Shown one piece after another: positions 19,571 through 39,841 of a stretch of 64,000 nucleotides of DNA. The stretch lies in assembly GCF_009914755.1 (NCBI RefSeq), contig NC_060942.1; one strand, 5' to 3'. How positions within the stretch are numbered: the stretch's first letter is position 1; each line of letters starts with the position of its first letter. The notes under the pieces were generated by a model. It did no database searches. It was not told the origin of the DNA and saw only the letters and a list, made by a program, of their open reading frames with translations. Origin of the DNA: the human T2T-CHM13v2.0 reference genome, Homo sapiens. Both the position numbers and the translations under genes were made by a program.

Positions 19571-20424
19571 TAATTACTAACCTTATTTCTCTGTTTTGTA
19601 ACTCTATTTGAATCTTCTAATGCTTTATTTACAGGTATATTCTAAAACTGGCAATAAACCATGTTTATATTGTAATGATTATATAAATATTGTTGACTGT
19701 TGACTGTAGTCACATAGGTACTATGATTACATTTCCCTTCTTGAATGATTTTGTTTTTCTTGAGTTTCTAATTATCTTTCTTTACCTTGTATCATCAATC
19801 ATTAGCACCTTATATTGTTTTAAGTACTTAATGTATTTTTCCTCCCAAATGGAGCCTTCAGTCTTGATGTTTCCAGACTTAACTGATTGCAATCTAGGTC
19901 TGATGCAAGCTGTCTTATGGTGACTTTCCATCATTACTTTCCCAAGTTGGTTCCAGTGTTTCTTGGATTTCGTATCTTGTTGTTTTTAACAGTAACCCTT
20001 ATTTTGTCCCAACATGCCCTCAAGTAACTTCCTAAGAAAGCCTGTGTGGAAAGTAAGCTTTCTGGGTCCTGCATGTCTTGAAGATGTATTTATTCTCACC
20101 TTTCACCTGACTGATGGTTTGCCTGAATACAGAATTCTATGTTAAATTCTTTTCCCTCAGAACTTTGGAGACATTTCTCTATTATCTAATAGCATTCCAT
20201 ATTGCCAATAAGAAGTCTGATGCCAGTCTGTTTCTTATTCTCTATAGGTAACTTTGTTATTCTCTCTAGAAACTTTTAGTATCATCTCATTAGCCTTCAT
20301 ATTATGGAATTTAAACTGTTGAGTCTAGTGTTGGTCTTTTCATTCATTCTGTTTGGTATCTTGTGAGTCTTTTGGGGATCAGTTTTGAGCCAAAAACTAG
20401 GAAATGCCCTGTTTGGTTTTTTGT

Positions 20425-20520
20425 TATATATATATATATATATCTTGTCCTAACATACATACATATATAATATATACGTTTTATATAACTATATTTTTGT
20501 ATAATATATAATTATGTATA
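20425..20520. repeat. (TA)n and AT-rich low-complexity tract
   Basis: tatatatatatatatata followed by degenerate TA runs. Confidence 0.85.
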
Positions 20521-20589
20521 GTGTCCTCTTTTCTTTCTGGAACTCTTATTAGTATAAATCTAAGATGGATTCTCTGTTAGATTTTTTTT

Positions 20590-24850
<4,261 letters not shown>

Positions 24851-27057
24851 GCATATTAGCTCTTTTCTATCCCATCATACCTTCTTACTCTATATTCTGG
24901 GAAATTTCCTGACCTTACCTTTGGACTCTTTCTATTGAATTTTTTAATTTTAGCAATAACTTTTACATTTCAAGAGCTCTTATTTATTGCTTGTTAATTT
25001 TTCCTATTAATATTATTTACTTGTTTTTTTTGGATGCATTATTTTCCTCAGTGTCTTCAAGGATACTTATTGGAATTTTTTTTGCTGGTGGAGGAGGTGT
25101 GTGTCCCCTTCCCCCAACTCTGTTACCTGGATTATCTCTTTCGAGATCTTTTTTTCTTTTATGTCTTTTTTATGTGTCAGGATTTCTTCAAATGTATACA
25201 TTTCTTTGGTTGTCAATATATAATTAAGAATGAGGCAATAAAACCTGGTTGGGAGATCCATGTATTTAGATAGGACTTACAGACTGGACTTACAGCAGAG
25301 AACACTTGGGGATAAGGAAGGCCTTGATGCTGGAATGTGTTCTCTGCTCTGAGGCTAATCATCTTCCTGAAGAGAATTGTTGGTTATTTGTTTATTTTGA
25401 TTGGCTGATTTTCTTGTTGTGATTGGACATGAGTAGATGGTCAGTAGATGCCTAGTTCTTGTCTTTTTGGTCTATTGTGGGAGTAGCCTAACTGATCTGA
25501 TAGAAACCTGAACTTGAACATCCTCTTTTTATCCCTGTTCTCTTTAGTTGAAGAATGGTTTGGCTCTTGGTATTTCATGTGCCAGTGATTGTTAACTGGG
25601 GCCCTGGACCTCTTAAGGGGTATCCCCCGGATTATATTCAGGAGATCCCCAAGGTTATATTCAAAATTGCCTGTGCACAGTTTTCTGGGAAAAAGGTCCA
25701 CAGCTGTCAGGAAGTTCTCACAGCAGTTGGTGAACCTGAAAAGGTTAAACATTGTTGTGGCTTTGCTTTCCATTCCAACATACTGAGTTATTAAAATTCC
25801 ACTTTCATGTTCTGCGAAGTACAGGGCACATTGACATTTTAGATAACGAGAGCTGCTTTTCTCCTTAAACTTGCAGAAGATGTACAGAAATGAATACAAT
25901 AAGGTGGAAGATAAGTACTTTAAGAAAGACAAAGATGCAATGCTATAAAAGTTTATAAAAAGATATTAGTTCCCTTGTAGAGAGAATTTAGGTTTCTTTT
26001 TGTTAAATTGGTTTAGTTTGAACATTTGTAATGTTGAACTGATGTACTATGAGGATAAATTAGAACATTTGTTTATATTGCATCCTCTACACTTATAACT
26101 AAGTATGAAAAATTTTCCCTGGAAGCTCTTATGTAAATATTTTTTACCAGCATGGTTGCAAAGCAGTACAGTCATTCCTGCCACTCCTACAAGTTGCTGT
26201 GCCTAAAGGTGGTCCCTATATAAATATTTATTTTGTGCTTCTAACAGGAAAGAAATCTAACTTTAAACATCAAGAAAGTAAAACTCATCTTGGGTGTACT
26301 TCCTTGCTCATATAATGAGGGGTTTAGTTATCCTGTTTCAGGAAAAAAAAAATTTGGTAATATGGGATTTTCCTTTAAGAAGATCTTTACTACTTTCCCC
26401 TGCTGCTTTTGTGAAAATAATTTTTAAAATTTGGATCAATATTATGCTATACCCCAGAAATCTCAAGTCCCATTTTGTATTAAGAGTGGAAAAACTCCTA
26501 TATTAACTTGTGAGTACTTTGGCTAATATTTATGATAGTTTTTAGGATGACATAAACATTGTATTTCATGAAAATATTCAAAATTGGGTTCAGAGATAAT
26601 GCATCATTTTAGTACTTTGTTGTCTGAACATTTATTTAGCGCTTTTATGTGCTAAATTGACAGTCTGCTTTTTTATTCTAAAAATTGATTTAGTTATTAA
26701 ATAAATCTTAAGTTTTCTGAAATAAGTTGGAATTTTAAAATAGTTTACTTCTCATTAATAATTCTAGCTTTTAAAAGTATATTTTGTCTTAAGTTAAAAA
26801 TAAATAGTTCAGGTAAGTTTAGGGCTTCCTTAATTACAGTAAACTAAAGAATTAACTTTTTCTTCTTTTTTTCTTAATCAGTGCAAATTAGATTCAACTT
26901 TAGTCTCTTGCTATAGTTATCTTGATTTGTTAGTACACTAGTAATATTTTGGTTTACAATGTAAAATGTTTTCTCTTTTCTCTCGTGAACATTATTTTCC
27001 TAAATTGTTTCTTTCCTCTTCATCCCATTTTCCTGCTCTTAAAAGTTGTGGTGCCAT

Positions 27058-27468
<411 letters not shown>

Positions 27469-28823
27469 TCATTGTTTCCCTCCAAATGTTTAATGCAGTT
27501 ATAGTAGCTGCTAATATATAAATGGAGATTAAAATTTATTTTCACTAGTTGTTTCACCTGTTGCATTGTTAAAACAAAATGAGGATTTCACTGGGACACA
27601 CGGACATTTTCAAACATACATAAAGTAGGAAAAATTGTAAAATAACCCCCCCATTTACCCATTACTCAGCCTCAACAGTGATCAACATGTGGTCAGTCTC
27701 ATCTGTACCTACTCCCAACTCACTCCAGCTGGATTCTTTTAAAGAAATTCACTGGGGGACTTGTACAGTAAGTAGGATTAGCATCTAAATGTTTGTTACT
27801 AGGTTTATGTGAGAAAGAGGCACTGTTTGATATATTTTGGTAATTCATATATATACATGAACTTGTATGCTGACTTATTTAGCCAAAAATAAGTACTCTT
27901 TTCAATACTGATTCATTCAAGTGTATGTTATTTTCAGGACAAAAGTTTACCAATCAGTTAGAATTTGTAAAGAACAACATGCTAATGAGGTTGGGTTGAT
28001 ATTTCTCTCCTGGGTTTGAAGATTCATGTGATGCCCTCCTTAAAGAGTATTATGGCAAAACAGATTTGTTATAACCCAATCTAATTATAATTGTTTATTC
28101 TTTTGAATAGGGGCTAATTGAATATTTTATTTATTTATTTATTTATTTTAAAATACTCATTTGACCTAAGTAAAAGTAGTGTCAGCATAGGTATAATATA
28201 ATGCTTCATTGATTACTTATGCTTACACAATATGCAAGTAAATACTTAATTAGATTTATTCCTACATTTCTGTTTTTTAGCTCAAGATATTATAAATACT
28301 TAGTTTCCTTAATTTAAGAACCTCAGTTTGTGTTTTTAAATATCTTTTGTAATTGTTCAAACATTAATTAAACTGGATCTTAAGAAGTCATAATATCCAA
28401 ATAAATTAAATGTTTATTTGCTATTATAAAAATATATTTTCTACCCCCAAATTCAGAAAATACAGAGAAGTAGAAAAAAAGAGTAAAACGTTCTTAGTCC
28501 TATTATCCAAACACATACTACTCTTACTATTTTGATATAGCTCCTTCTGGTTTTTATTCTCTGTTTAGATTATTTTTAACAATTTTATGGTATATACAAC
28601 TTTTGTGTTTTACATTTTCACTAGCATTATTTTATGTTTCTTTGAAAAAAATTATGTTTGGTTAGAAAATTTCAGTTTTAGGTTAAAAGTAAATTAAAGC
28701 AATATATTTTCAGAGTTAGAACTGTCTTCTGCATTGCTTTAATACCAACTTAATGCTTTATATTTTTCAGTTTAGGTTTATTTCTTTAAAATTTATGAAG
28801 AAACCCCAATGTACCATGCTGGG

Positions 28824-29665
<842 letters not shown>

Positions 29666-30117
29666 CCGGAGCATTTTGATATTCGTTATCTCATTGGGAT
29701 GCCCAAGTTTGTAAGGGAAAATCCAGGAACACCATTCCTTTTTTATGACTGGGAAACCGAGACTCAGGGTGGCAAACAGCTTATGGGCTTAAAACCAGAT
29801 CTTGTAAGTCCAAGTCATTTGCTATCTTTACTAGAATATAATGTTGTTTTCAATGACGTTTCCTTGTTTTATTATAGCAACAGGGTTAACAAATCTCTCA
29901 GATCTTTGCAACAAGAATGGAAATATTTATCAGTAACTGAGAGTCAATATTAATAAGATTCTTCCTCAAGTTGTTAGTTTCCATTTCTGGCCTAGAAATT
30001 TGGGAGTTCATACAATAAATGTTAACTCTTAAAGTCTAATCTTAATCTTGGATAAATATCCTCCCCCTCAATTTATTTTGCATAAATAATTAATATCTGA
30101 CCAGAGCATCAGTTGTA

Positions 30118-30449
30118 TAGTCATGGCACTGTGTAACAACATTTTGGTCAATGGCAGACAACATATATGATGGTGGTCACATAAGATTATAATACTGTAT
30201 TTTTATTGTACCTTTTCTATGTTTAGATATGTGTAGACATGCAAATATTTACCATTGTGTTATAATTGCTTACAGTATTCAGAACAGTAACATGCTGTAC
30301 AGGTTTGTAGCCTAGGAACAATAGGCCATACCATATAGCCTAGGGTTATAGCAGGCTCTACCATGTAGGTTTGTATAAGTATATACTGATATTCATATAA
30401 CAACAGAATTGCCTAAGGATCCCTATCCTTAAGCGATAAAGCGTGACTG
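30118..30449 (+). mobile_element. Tigger3/MER7-type MITE
   Basis: TA-flanked termini tagtcatg...cgtgactg; internal ggtggtcacataagattataatactgta. Confidence 0.8.
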
Positions 30450-32142
30450 TATATGGAATAAGATTCTTCTCTAAAGACGATCGAATCTGTCTTCTGGCAT
30501 CTAAAAATTTGAAATTCTCTGTCATATTGAAGGTTTTCCTTAATATAAATGTAGTAAAATACATTTTGAATGATTAGATTTTTCCCTCAAACTTTTCATC
30601 CTGCCAGACTTTCGTTTCATATAAGCTTTGAAAACAGTTTGCCAAATTCTCTCTAAATACTCATACTGGTCAATAGAGAGTAGCTCAAATGTATAAATTT
30701 CAGTTTACCATTTAGTGTAAAGTTTTAATTTTTTTCCATCATAAAATTATTGAACAACGTGTCTACCAAACTTTAAGAACATCTAGCATAGTTATTTACA
30801 CATAGAAGATGTCTTATTCCATATTACCTTGCCTCTAACATGCAAGAGCAGTGGTGGTAGAAAAAGCCTTGAGTCAGAAGACCTTGTTTCAAAGCCGCAG
30901 TTGTGTGAACTCACAGAAATCATGAAACCACTCATTCTCAGCCTTCTCTTCTCCACATGAGGAACAACCACACTTTCTCTGTGACTTGCAGACTAGGGAA
31001 GCAGAAGATATAGTCATTAACCAGCTGAAGCGACAACAAAAAAAATTAAGTATTGCATTCCAAGTCACTGGTTTTGCAACTCTTAGCCAATGAGTCCAAT
31101 TTTACCTTTACAAACAATGATTAAACTTGGGCAATAGCATTTCTAGTTGTATTCAGGTACTGAGAGTGAAAGATATAATAATGCCTTTGATTAAACAATC
31201 TAAAGAATTATCTAAGTTTAATTATAGGCTTATTCTTTCTAAGAGAGTAATAACTGTAATTATTAAAATGTTAATTTAATGAAAAATAACTTTTATATTT
31301 CTCATTTTAATGTTTACAAAACAGGAATACCTAACCATAACTGGGGTCAAATTCTAGCCACTAATTGAATGAAGTTGTATAAATTTCATGACTTCACTTA
31401 AAAAATAAGGATAATAACGACATGAATCTTTATGAGATTCAAGACAATGCATATAAAATACTTAGCACAGTGCCTATAAGGGTTAAATAGAACCCATTTA
31501 AGGACTTTGGGGGAGGTGGTAGCAGTAAATAATTGGAAGCATTGAGTCAGTCTTTATTTTGGACTTCAGGGAACTTGGTGTTTAGTTTTGATCACATGTT
31601 CCATTCAACTGAGCAGAACCCAAATTTAGTCATAGTGAGGTTAGTAAAATATATAAATAACCCAGTCCAAAGAGAAGATTCTAAATTTCAACTCTACCGT
31701 ATTTTCTGTTTAAGGAGTGGAGACTTTGAAATAATAGTAAAATAGAAACTGATGAAGTTTATGAAGGTGATAAAAAATGAGAAAGTGGACAAGGTGTGGA
31801 AAGGATTAAGAATTTAATCACTGTTTCTGAATTTTGGCACATTGATGTACTATTATGCGCTGATTAAATTATGTTGACAGATTTTTTATGATAGAGAAAT
31901 GCTATTTTTTTAGATCAAGGTAGTATATAATCATTATTTTGTTAGACATGCATAGGAATTTACCAAAGGGGGAGGAATTTAGGGTTCTTTCTTTCTACTC
32001 TAGTAGATATTTTCCAAAGTCTTATATAATTAAAGAAATACTTTTAAAATTTTGGTAAAACCTTTCTTTTTATCTTGACTTTAGCCTTTCTGGTTATAGA
32101 AGACATGTGTTCTTATAAGTGAAACAGCTAGGGGTAAAGTTT

Positions 32143-32438
32143 TCTTTTTTTTTTTGAGACAGAGTCTCGCTCTGTTGTCCAGGCTGGAGTGCAGTGGCCC
32201 CATCTCGGCTCACTGCATACTCCGCCTCCCAGGTTAACGCCATTCTCCTGCCTCAGCCTCCTGAGTAGCTGGGACTACAGGCACCCGCCACCATGCCCAG
32301 CTAATTTTTTGTATTTTTTGGTAGAGACGGGGTTTCACCATGTTAGCCGGGATGGTCTCGATCTCCTGACCTTGTGATCCGCCTGCCTTGGCCTCCCAAA
32401 GTGCTGGGATTACAGGCGTGAGCCACCACACCCGGCCT
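32143..32438 (-). mobile_element. AluY-like
   Basis: gttagccgggatggtctcgatctcc and cgccattctcc diagnostics; TSD taaagttttcttttt. Confidence 0.88.
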
Positions 32439-33823
32439 AAAGTTTTCTTTTTAAGTGTTCTGAAGAACAGATTCTGCTTGATTTAAATGGGGCAGTTTTT
32501 ATGTTTTTCTGTAATCCTTGTTTCATCACAGAGAGTTGTTCTGAGTTGTTTTTTCTTTTCTATTTTCAATACTTGAGTTCAAAGCACTTTACAAATGTTA
32601 TTATATTTAGAAACATTCATCCTAACCGCAGCTTGCTTGCTGTTAAAAATATTATACATTTCTAAATATGTTCACAACCAAACATTATTCAATAATGTGA
32701 TTTTTAAGGGCATGTAGAATGAATAGAAAAGAGTGAATTACTTGATGAGCTTCATAAAACTGCTATTTATAATTATTTGCATGTGGAAATTCATTGTTTC
32801 AGTTTGTTTCTTGACTTAAAAACAGTAGTCATAGAGTAGACATATTTTTGCTCTGCTGATTTGCAGTAAGATTTTAAATGCCATCTATTAAATTTGCCTA
32901 TTATATTTCTCCTGAAAAGTAAGAGGTGTGTTTTTGAAAATGGAAAAGGCACAGATGCTGTTTTCAGGCACAAACTCTGTTTTCAAAAGGTCGGTTTGAA
33001 GAGCTTGTTTTTCTTATTTGCCCATCTCCTAAAAAGAATGCTGACGTGAGTTATGAAGAATAGAGAGTATTTGATGTATGTGGAGGCTCATTTACCCAAA
33101 TTATGAACATTTCTTAATTTATGGTGATTAAATTTCTGCTTTATTAAGACAATGGTTTTTTAGTCTTTTCTGTAGTAATGTAGAAAGAAAGAAAAATATT
33201 AGCCAGGATATTGTTGTTTGGTGTCCAACAAGTTTTAATAGTAGTTTTTACCATTAAAGTCTTAAACTGGATTTTTGTCTCTTTAATTGTACAGTAATGA
33301 AAGCTTATCTCTGTCGTTTCCCTCTTGTTTCTCCTTACCATAGCTTTTAACGTTGTATTCTATCACTAAATTATAAAGCAGTAAGCATATGACTACAGCA
33401 TATTACTCTCTTACACCAGTATGTAAAAGTGCAGGACAGGCATCTATTAAGAGGGTGTGAAATACATTTAATCTTCAGAGCTAGATAACCTGGGCAAGTT
33501 CAAGCGACTTTTAAATAGGCCGTTAGTTTTAACTTTCTGTTTGTTCGCAGTAATCTCATTCTCACCCACCTTTTCATTCTAGTTTAAAACACTTCACAAA
33601 TACCTGACAGTAAAAGGCATAATGAATGCTTCACAGACTCAGATTTCTCTAATGGGAACTATTAAATTGACATTCATTTAAAAAAATTATTTGGCATAAT
33701 ATACAGTAATTCATTTAGCAAGCTACCATTTGGAAGCTGCAGAAAAAGGAGAGACTATATTCTTTGAATAGATTTGTTACTTTTCTAATTTGTTTCTCCT
33801 TAGTTTAGTTAATAATATAAATA

Positions 33824-34048
33824 CAGGTTGGACATTTCAAATCCAAAAATCTGAAATCCAGAATGCTCCAAAATCGGAAACTTTCTGAGCATTGACATGA
33901 CATCAAAGGAAATGCTCATTGAAAGAGTTTAGATTTTTGGATACAGGATGCTCAACTGGTATAATGCAAATATTACAAAATCCAAATAAACTCAAAAATC
34001 CAAAACACTTTTGGTACCCAGCATTTCAGATAAGGAATACTCAACCTG
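33824..34048. mobile_element. Tigger4a/MER46-type MITE
   Basis: TA + caggttg...caacctg + TA inverted termini; aatctgaaatccagaatgctccaaaat. Confidence 0.82.
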
Positions 34049-36217
34049 TATAAGCAACTAAGATAGTGAAAGGATATTTTCTACATATAAAGTAAATTAA
34101 AATTTTTTAAAAAGCTTTATTTCTTGTGACTAAGTGCTAACCTTTATAAATCTAAAAAAAAAAAAAAAAAAAAAGACTGTTAGTATTCTTATCTGATGGT
34201 GTTTCTAAAAAGTGCGTACTCAGAAAATGTTCTTTTACTCCAAAGACAAAGTATAGCTTTGGCAACTCTGTTTTTCTACATTTCCAACTAAGTTTGAGCC
34301 TGTCTGAATCACGCATCACCAGTTTTGTGATGAAACAGCTATACTTCTCATTAAGTCTCTGCCCTTTCAGTCCCTCTGTTTCTGATAGGCCCAGCAAAGT
34401 TACCTAATGTCTATGTCACATGAATGCAGCCTGAGTGTACAAAATTCTGCAGTACCAAAATATTACAATGTGCATATATTAGGTCACACATATACACTTA
34501 TATCAAACTAATGAATTAGTTAGAAAATAGCACAAGTGTTGATTCTTGAAAGTGCTGTATAATTAGCAAGGGGACTTTTGGAGACAAAAAACAATAACAA
34601 AACCCAAGGAATTAAAATCGGTGCTGCAAAAAATGTCGTATTAGAATAATGGGCTGACTCTAATAGTGTAGAAATATAATAAGATGAATTTAGTAGGGAT
34701 AAATATTGTGGTCTGTGTTTACATTTTGAAAGCACGGTATTGAGGTACAGAAATGAGAAATAATAGTTACATTGCACTAGTTAATTTTTAAAAACATACA
34801 TATCAATAGCATTCCATTAGGTCTCAGATTTTTAAAATCTTACTGAAATGATTTGTTGGAATGATTTGAAAGTAGCACAGTTGCTGACAGCATATTGCTA
34901 CCCCAAACAAACAAATTTTAGGCTTCTTTAATTTTAAAAACTAGTGTTCACAATCAAGGAGGTAAGTGGGGTTCTCTCCTTCTTGGCTAGTTACATTATG
35001 CCATAAGGAGGAGGAGCAGGGAAGGGGGGGATGGGGATGATGATGATTTAAGATTACCACACTTTCACCTAATGACAAAGCTAATGGCAGGGTTAACATC
35101 ATGTCATGGGGAACAAGTGAAGAAACCATGGGAGTATTTGATCTAAAATGAGGACATGGGGGAATAAAAATAGAAATCATTTTGTTTTAAACAGGGCGTT
35201 TTTGGTTGGAAATAAATAAAGCCTACTCCAATTGATATGAATATATCAATGAAGAATATCTCCAACTGATAATAGTATCTCTAAGAACAGGAAGTGCAGC
35301 TGGTTGCAAAGGACTAGAGCCAAGAACTAGAGCATTATTAGGAATCAGAATGGCGTCTTCCCTCCCTTCTCTTCTCCTTGTGACCATGAATGTCATGGTG
35401 CTTATCTTTGGAAAGTAGGAATGGGGGGGCCACAGGATAATTTTTTACCTCTTATTTTGAAACGGCCTCCCCAGTACCAGCTCTGTATGATCCCCTAGTT
35501 CAAATTCCTAACAGAGATTGACAATTATCTGTGTCTTACTTCCAGAATCTTGGAAGACAATCTGATTGACCAGCTACAGTCTGTTTTTCACCTGTGTTCC
35601 AATTATTTGTAGCCAGAGAGAAGAAAGGTCATATAGTTCAAAACAGAGCTGCAGACAGACAGGGTGGGAATCAAAGGCAGGTAGCAGCCAATCAGGGCAG
35701 ACATTCCAAACTGTCCAGTGCAGGTGCCATGAAAAATTAGAACGGCTTTGTTGAAGAGAAATTATATTTGGAGGAGGGGGGTCTTAAGGAGCAGGCTTCT
35801 GGGAATCAGGCTTCAGTTCCACAAAAGAAAACACTTAAAACTTTATAAGATTAGGACCGGCTACTTTGGATTGTTAAGTTCCTTGTCAGCTGTGGGCTGC
35901 AATGGCCATATGTTGATGGAACACTATAGAAGCGATTCAGGTGTTACATGGAAGGATGGTTTTGTTGACCTGTGAAGTTCCTTCTAAGCCTGAGAGTAAA
36001 ATCAGTTTTGTCATAAGTTATTTCCACCAAAATAATAAAATATTAATGTTTTTCGTATAAATATATATGGTATCTTAAACCAGGGAAAGCAAGTAATCAG
36101 TGGTGGCTATGGAATTTCCATTTCAGTTGGGTTTGTTCAGGACTGGCAGTCTGGTGGCAAGGGGAGGGCAGGGGCAAGTGCTAAAGGAATTGCTTTAGAA
36201 CTTCATGTACAGAGCAA

Positions 36218-36700
36218 GCTATCTTAGCTCTTGTGGAATAACAAACCACCCTAAAGTTTAGTGGGTTAAAACAATAGCCATTTATTTAACTCTTGTTTCT
36301 GTGGGTTGACAGTTTGAGCCTGGATCAGCTGGGTGGTTTTCTGGCCTTATTCCTGTGTCTGTTGGCAGCTGCTGGTTGGTTGGAAGCTGGCTGATCTAGG
36401 ATGGCCCCAGGTGGACTGACTTGTCCACATGGCCATATCCTGGCTTCACATGGCAGCTGGGCAAAGTTCTAAGAGAAAGAGTAGATGCACTCAAGGCTTC
36501 TTGAGGTCTAAACTCAGAAGTGACATAATCTCATATCCACCAAACTCTCTTGACCAAAGTGAATCTCAGGATCACCTAAATTCAAGAGGTCTAGAAATTG
36601 ACCCTGTCCTTTGATCAGAGGAGCTGCAAAGCTACATTGCAAAGAGGGGAGACCTAGAGAGGGGAATAATTGCCACCTTCTTTGTAAATAATCTACCATA
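36218..36700 (-). mobile_element. MLT1-family LTR
   Basis: ataacaaaccaccctaaagtttagtgggttaaaacaa...gcttcacatggcagc...aatctaccata. Confidence 0.7.
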
Positions 36701-37153
36701 CCAAGCACACTTTTTTCTGTATCATGGAACAATAAAAATAGAATTTCCAAAGTTCTTTTACTCACATTTTACATATTGAGGAACCCTACAAGTTGGCTAT
36801 TTGTTTAAATTTGGACAACGAATATAATAGCTGAGAAGCAGGTTTTGTTCTTGTACTGAATTATTCGTTGAGGTGGTGTGGGTAGTCAAGTTATGGATTA
36901 TAAAATAAAATATTTTCCTTATTTCAAAATAAGGTAAAAGCATTCAAAGTATGTTCACTGAATATATCCAAAAAAAATCTACGTGACATTGTAGATATTT
37001 ATGTTCTGATGAATAGTTAATAATGTTGAATAAAAAATTATGTGAAGAATACATTACTGTAAATGCAAATATGGCAGGGTTTTTTGCTTAAAAAGTAGCA
37101 GTTTTATATATGATTATTTGGAATTTGAAGTTTAACATCTGTCTTGTTTCTAG

Positions 37154-37253
37154 GAGCTCTGCCAGTGCCGGCCGGGAGAAGGCAATTGCTCCTGCTGTAA
37201 GGAGTGCATGCTGTGTCTTGGGGCCCTTTGGGACGAGTGCTGTGACTGTGTTG
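37154..37253 (+). CDS. TWSG1: TWSG1 exon 3 (100 nt; aa 42-74 plus first base of Gly75), Cys-rich BMP-binding domain
   Basis: Acceptor gtcttgtttctag, donor G|gtaagt; translates [33 protein letters not shown] in frame with exon 2; 10 Cys and an N-glycosylation sequon N52-C-S. Missed by the ORF track. Confidence 0.98.
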
Positions 37254-39396
37254 GTAAGTTGATACCAAGGGAGACTTCTTAATATTTCTTATCACAGAAT
37301 CCTTGGCTTTAAGAGACTTTAAGGAATATAAATGTAGTTTATGTGCATAAACAAGTATGTGTGTGAAATATAGTAAACATACAGAACATTGTATTTTTAC
37401 ATTCAATTGTATTCAGTAGTATTTACCTATACATGTATTTAAAAGTGCTTATCCTTGGGAAGTAGGAGTGGGGGGCCAAGGCAGAATGTTTAACTTTTTA
37501 TTTTGAAAGTTTTTATACTGTTGAATTTTTTATAAGCAGCAGCATTTTTTTTTTGTTTTTAATAAGAAGTAGGTTTTATAAGAAGAAACATTCTCCAAGA
37601 TGTGTTAAGTAAAAAAAGTCAGGTTCAAAATTATGTTTATAGAATGCTATCATTTGTGTGTTAGAAAGAAAACTTACGTGTGTAGGAAGAAACACCTGTC
37701 AGCCCTTCTCTGACCAGTTAACTCATTTTTAACTTTTAAAACCCCAGTTCAAGTATCCCCTTTCCTTGGAAACCTTCCTTATTTGACTGAGATAAAGGAT
37801 CCTCTATGCTTCTGAGAGATCATTTATTGCATGCTCCTATAATTGTTGTTTTGCATGTTTTTTCGACAGAGTATCACCTCCTTAAGAACAGGAATATCAT
37901 CATATTGATCTTTTTTACATTATCCTTTATCGAAATAGGCTATATGCATATACTTTTTAAGTCACATAGTACTAAAACAATCCCATCTCAGTTCTTTCCA
38001 AGCCTTTGATCCTATGCCCAGAGACTACCACTTTCAACTTTTCAGCATTGCACTGCTTCCATAATTCTGAATAATAACCCTATACTACTCTCTTGATTCT
38101 TTGATTTTAGAAACTATCAGTTGACTTCCTCTTATGGTAGACAAGCATTTAGTTCTCTTATCTCTTAATCTTCCCAGTGTGATTTTATCACTCCTTCTAG
38201 TGAAATCAGTATTTACCTTAATAATCACTCTAATGAATTAATAATATATACTCATTTGATGCATAATAATGTAAGCACTAATTAATTAAATGAGTTATCC
38301 CATTATCTGTCTTTCTGTATTTTGGGTGTATGGTGTACTTCTTGAGAGATTTCCTAATCTTTTCACCCTTGTATTAATTTTTTAAATTTTTACTTCCTTT
38401 TTTAATTTCCAAGAGCCCTTCTCTGATTGTCCTTTTTTAAGGAACATACTGTTCTTGTTTTATATGTAACATATTTTTCTTATCTTTATGGGATTCTTAA
38501 TTGTACTGTTTTGTGGTTGCTGTTGAGTTTTTTCCTTCTACTCCTTGCATGATTTCCATTTTCTCAGGTGTCTGGTGACCCTTGGCTGTCTATTCCTTTG
38601 TAGAATTTAGGTACTCCAAAACGGACTGGGAGTACTTAATCCATGGACAGGGCATGGAATGTAGTTTGCCTCACGAAAAGGTGGTTGGAGGATGAACTGC
38701 CTTTTTCACTGACGAGCCCTCTATTTCATGTCTATAGATCTTTCCCTTTAGGGTTGCACATTTTTTCTAGAGAAAGATCTCCTGGTTTCCTGCTGGGGTT
38801 GAGGCTGGGGTATGGGGCAGTATGCCAGGCTGCAAATGTTCTGGGAACCTGAGGGGTGAGGTCACAGTAAACAGTAAGCATACTTTTATTTACGTTCCTT
38901 GTTTTTTTCCCATACTCATCTCTACCCTTTGCCATTTTTGGCATTCCCAGTCCAGGGCCTCTTTGGTTTAATTTCTCTAAAGACTAACTCTCTCATCTCC
39001 TACAGTTGTGGAAGAAGAGACAGGGACCTGAAGGTATAACTACCCCACAGAATAGGCTTGCCTCTGCCACTCTGGCACCTCCAGCTCCTGAGTCTCCTCA
39101 GGGTTCTGTGGGGTGCATGGCCTGTGTGAAGACTGCTCAGTCAGGTACCTTTAGCTCTTAGGTTCTCCACAGATAGAGTTAGTGTTTCCATTTCTTGTTT
39201 TTCTTTAGTGTTTTGTAGTGAATTCTGAGAGAATGGGGGCAGAAGTATCTTTTCCTCTGTCCTCTTATATTCATCTTGGTATCTCTAACAGCTAGCTTTG
39301 AATTATTTTAGGTCATTAACTGTATATTAATTTAATATGTACAATGAAACTAAAAAAGAGGAAATAGTCATCTTAATCTCTGATATACACACATAA

Positions 39397-39696
<300 letters not shown>

Positions 39697-39767
39697 TAAG
39701 AATTTAATTTAAACATGGATGCCAAAATACACAAATGAACTTTTATTAATAGCATTGCCTAAAATAA

Positions 39768-39841
39768 TGTGTATGTATGTGTGTGAGAGTGTTTGTGCGA
39801 GTGTATGAATGTGAGTGTATGTGTGTTATATATGTGTGTGT
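39768..39841. repeat. Degenerate (TG)n tract
   Basis: tgtgtatgtatgtgtgtgagagtgtttgtgcgagtg... Confidence 0.75.

Noticed and set aside
25441-25932. 163-aa minus-strand ORF
   Set aside because: No recognisable homology, the start codon is not ATG in the sequence, and it overlaps a probable degraded Charlie-type relic.
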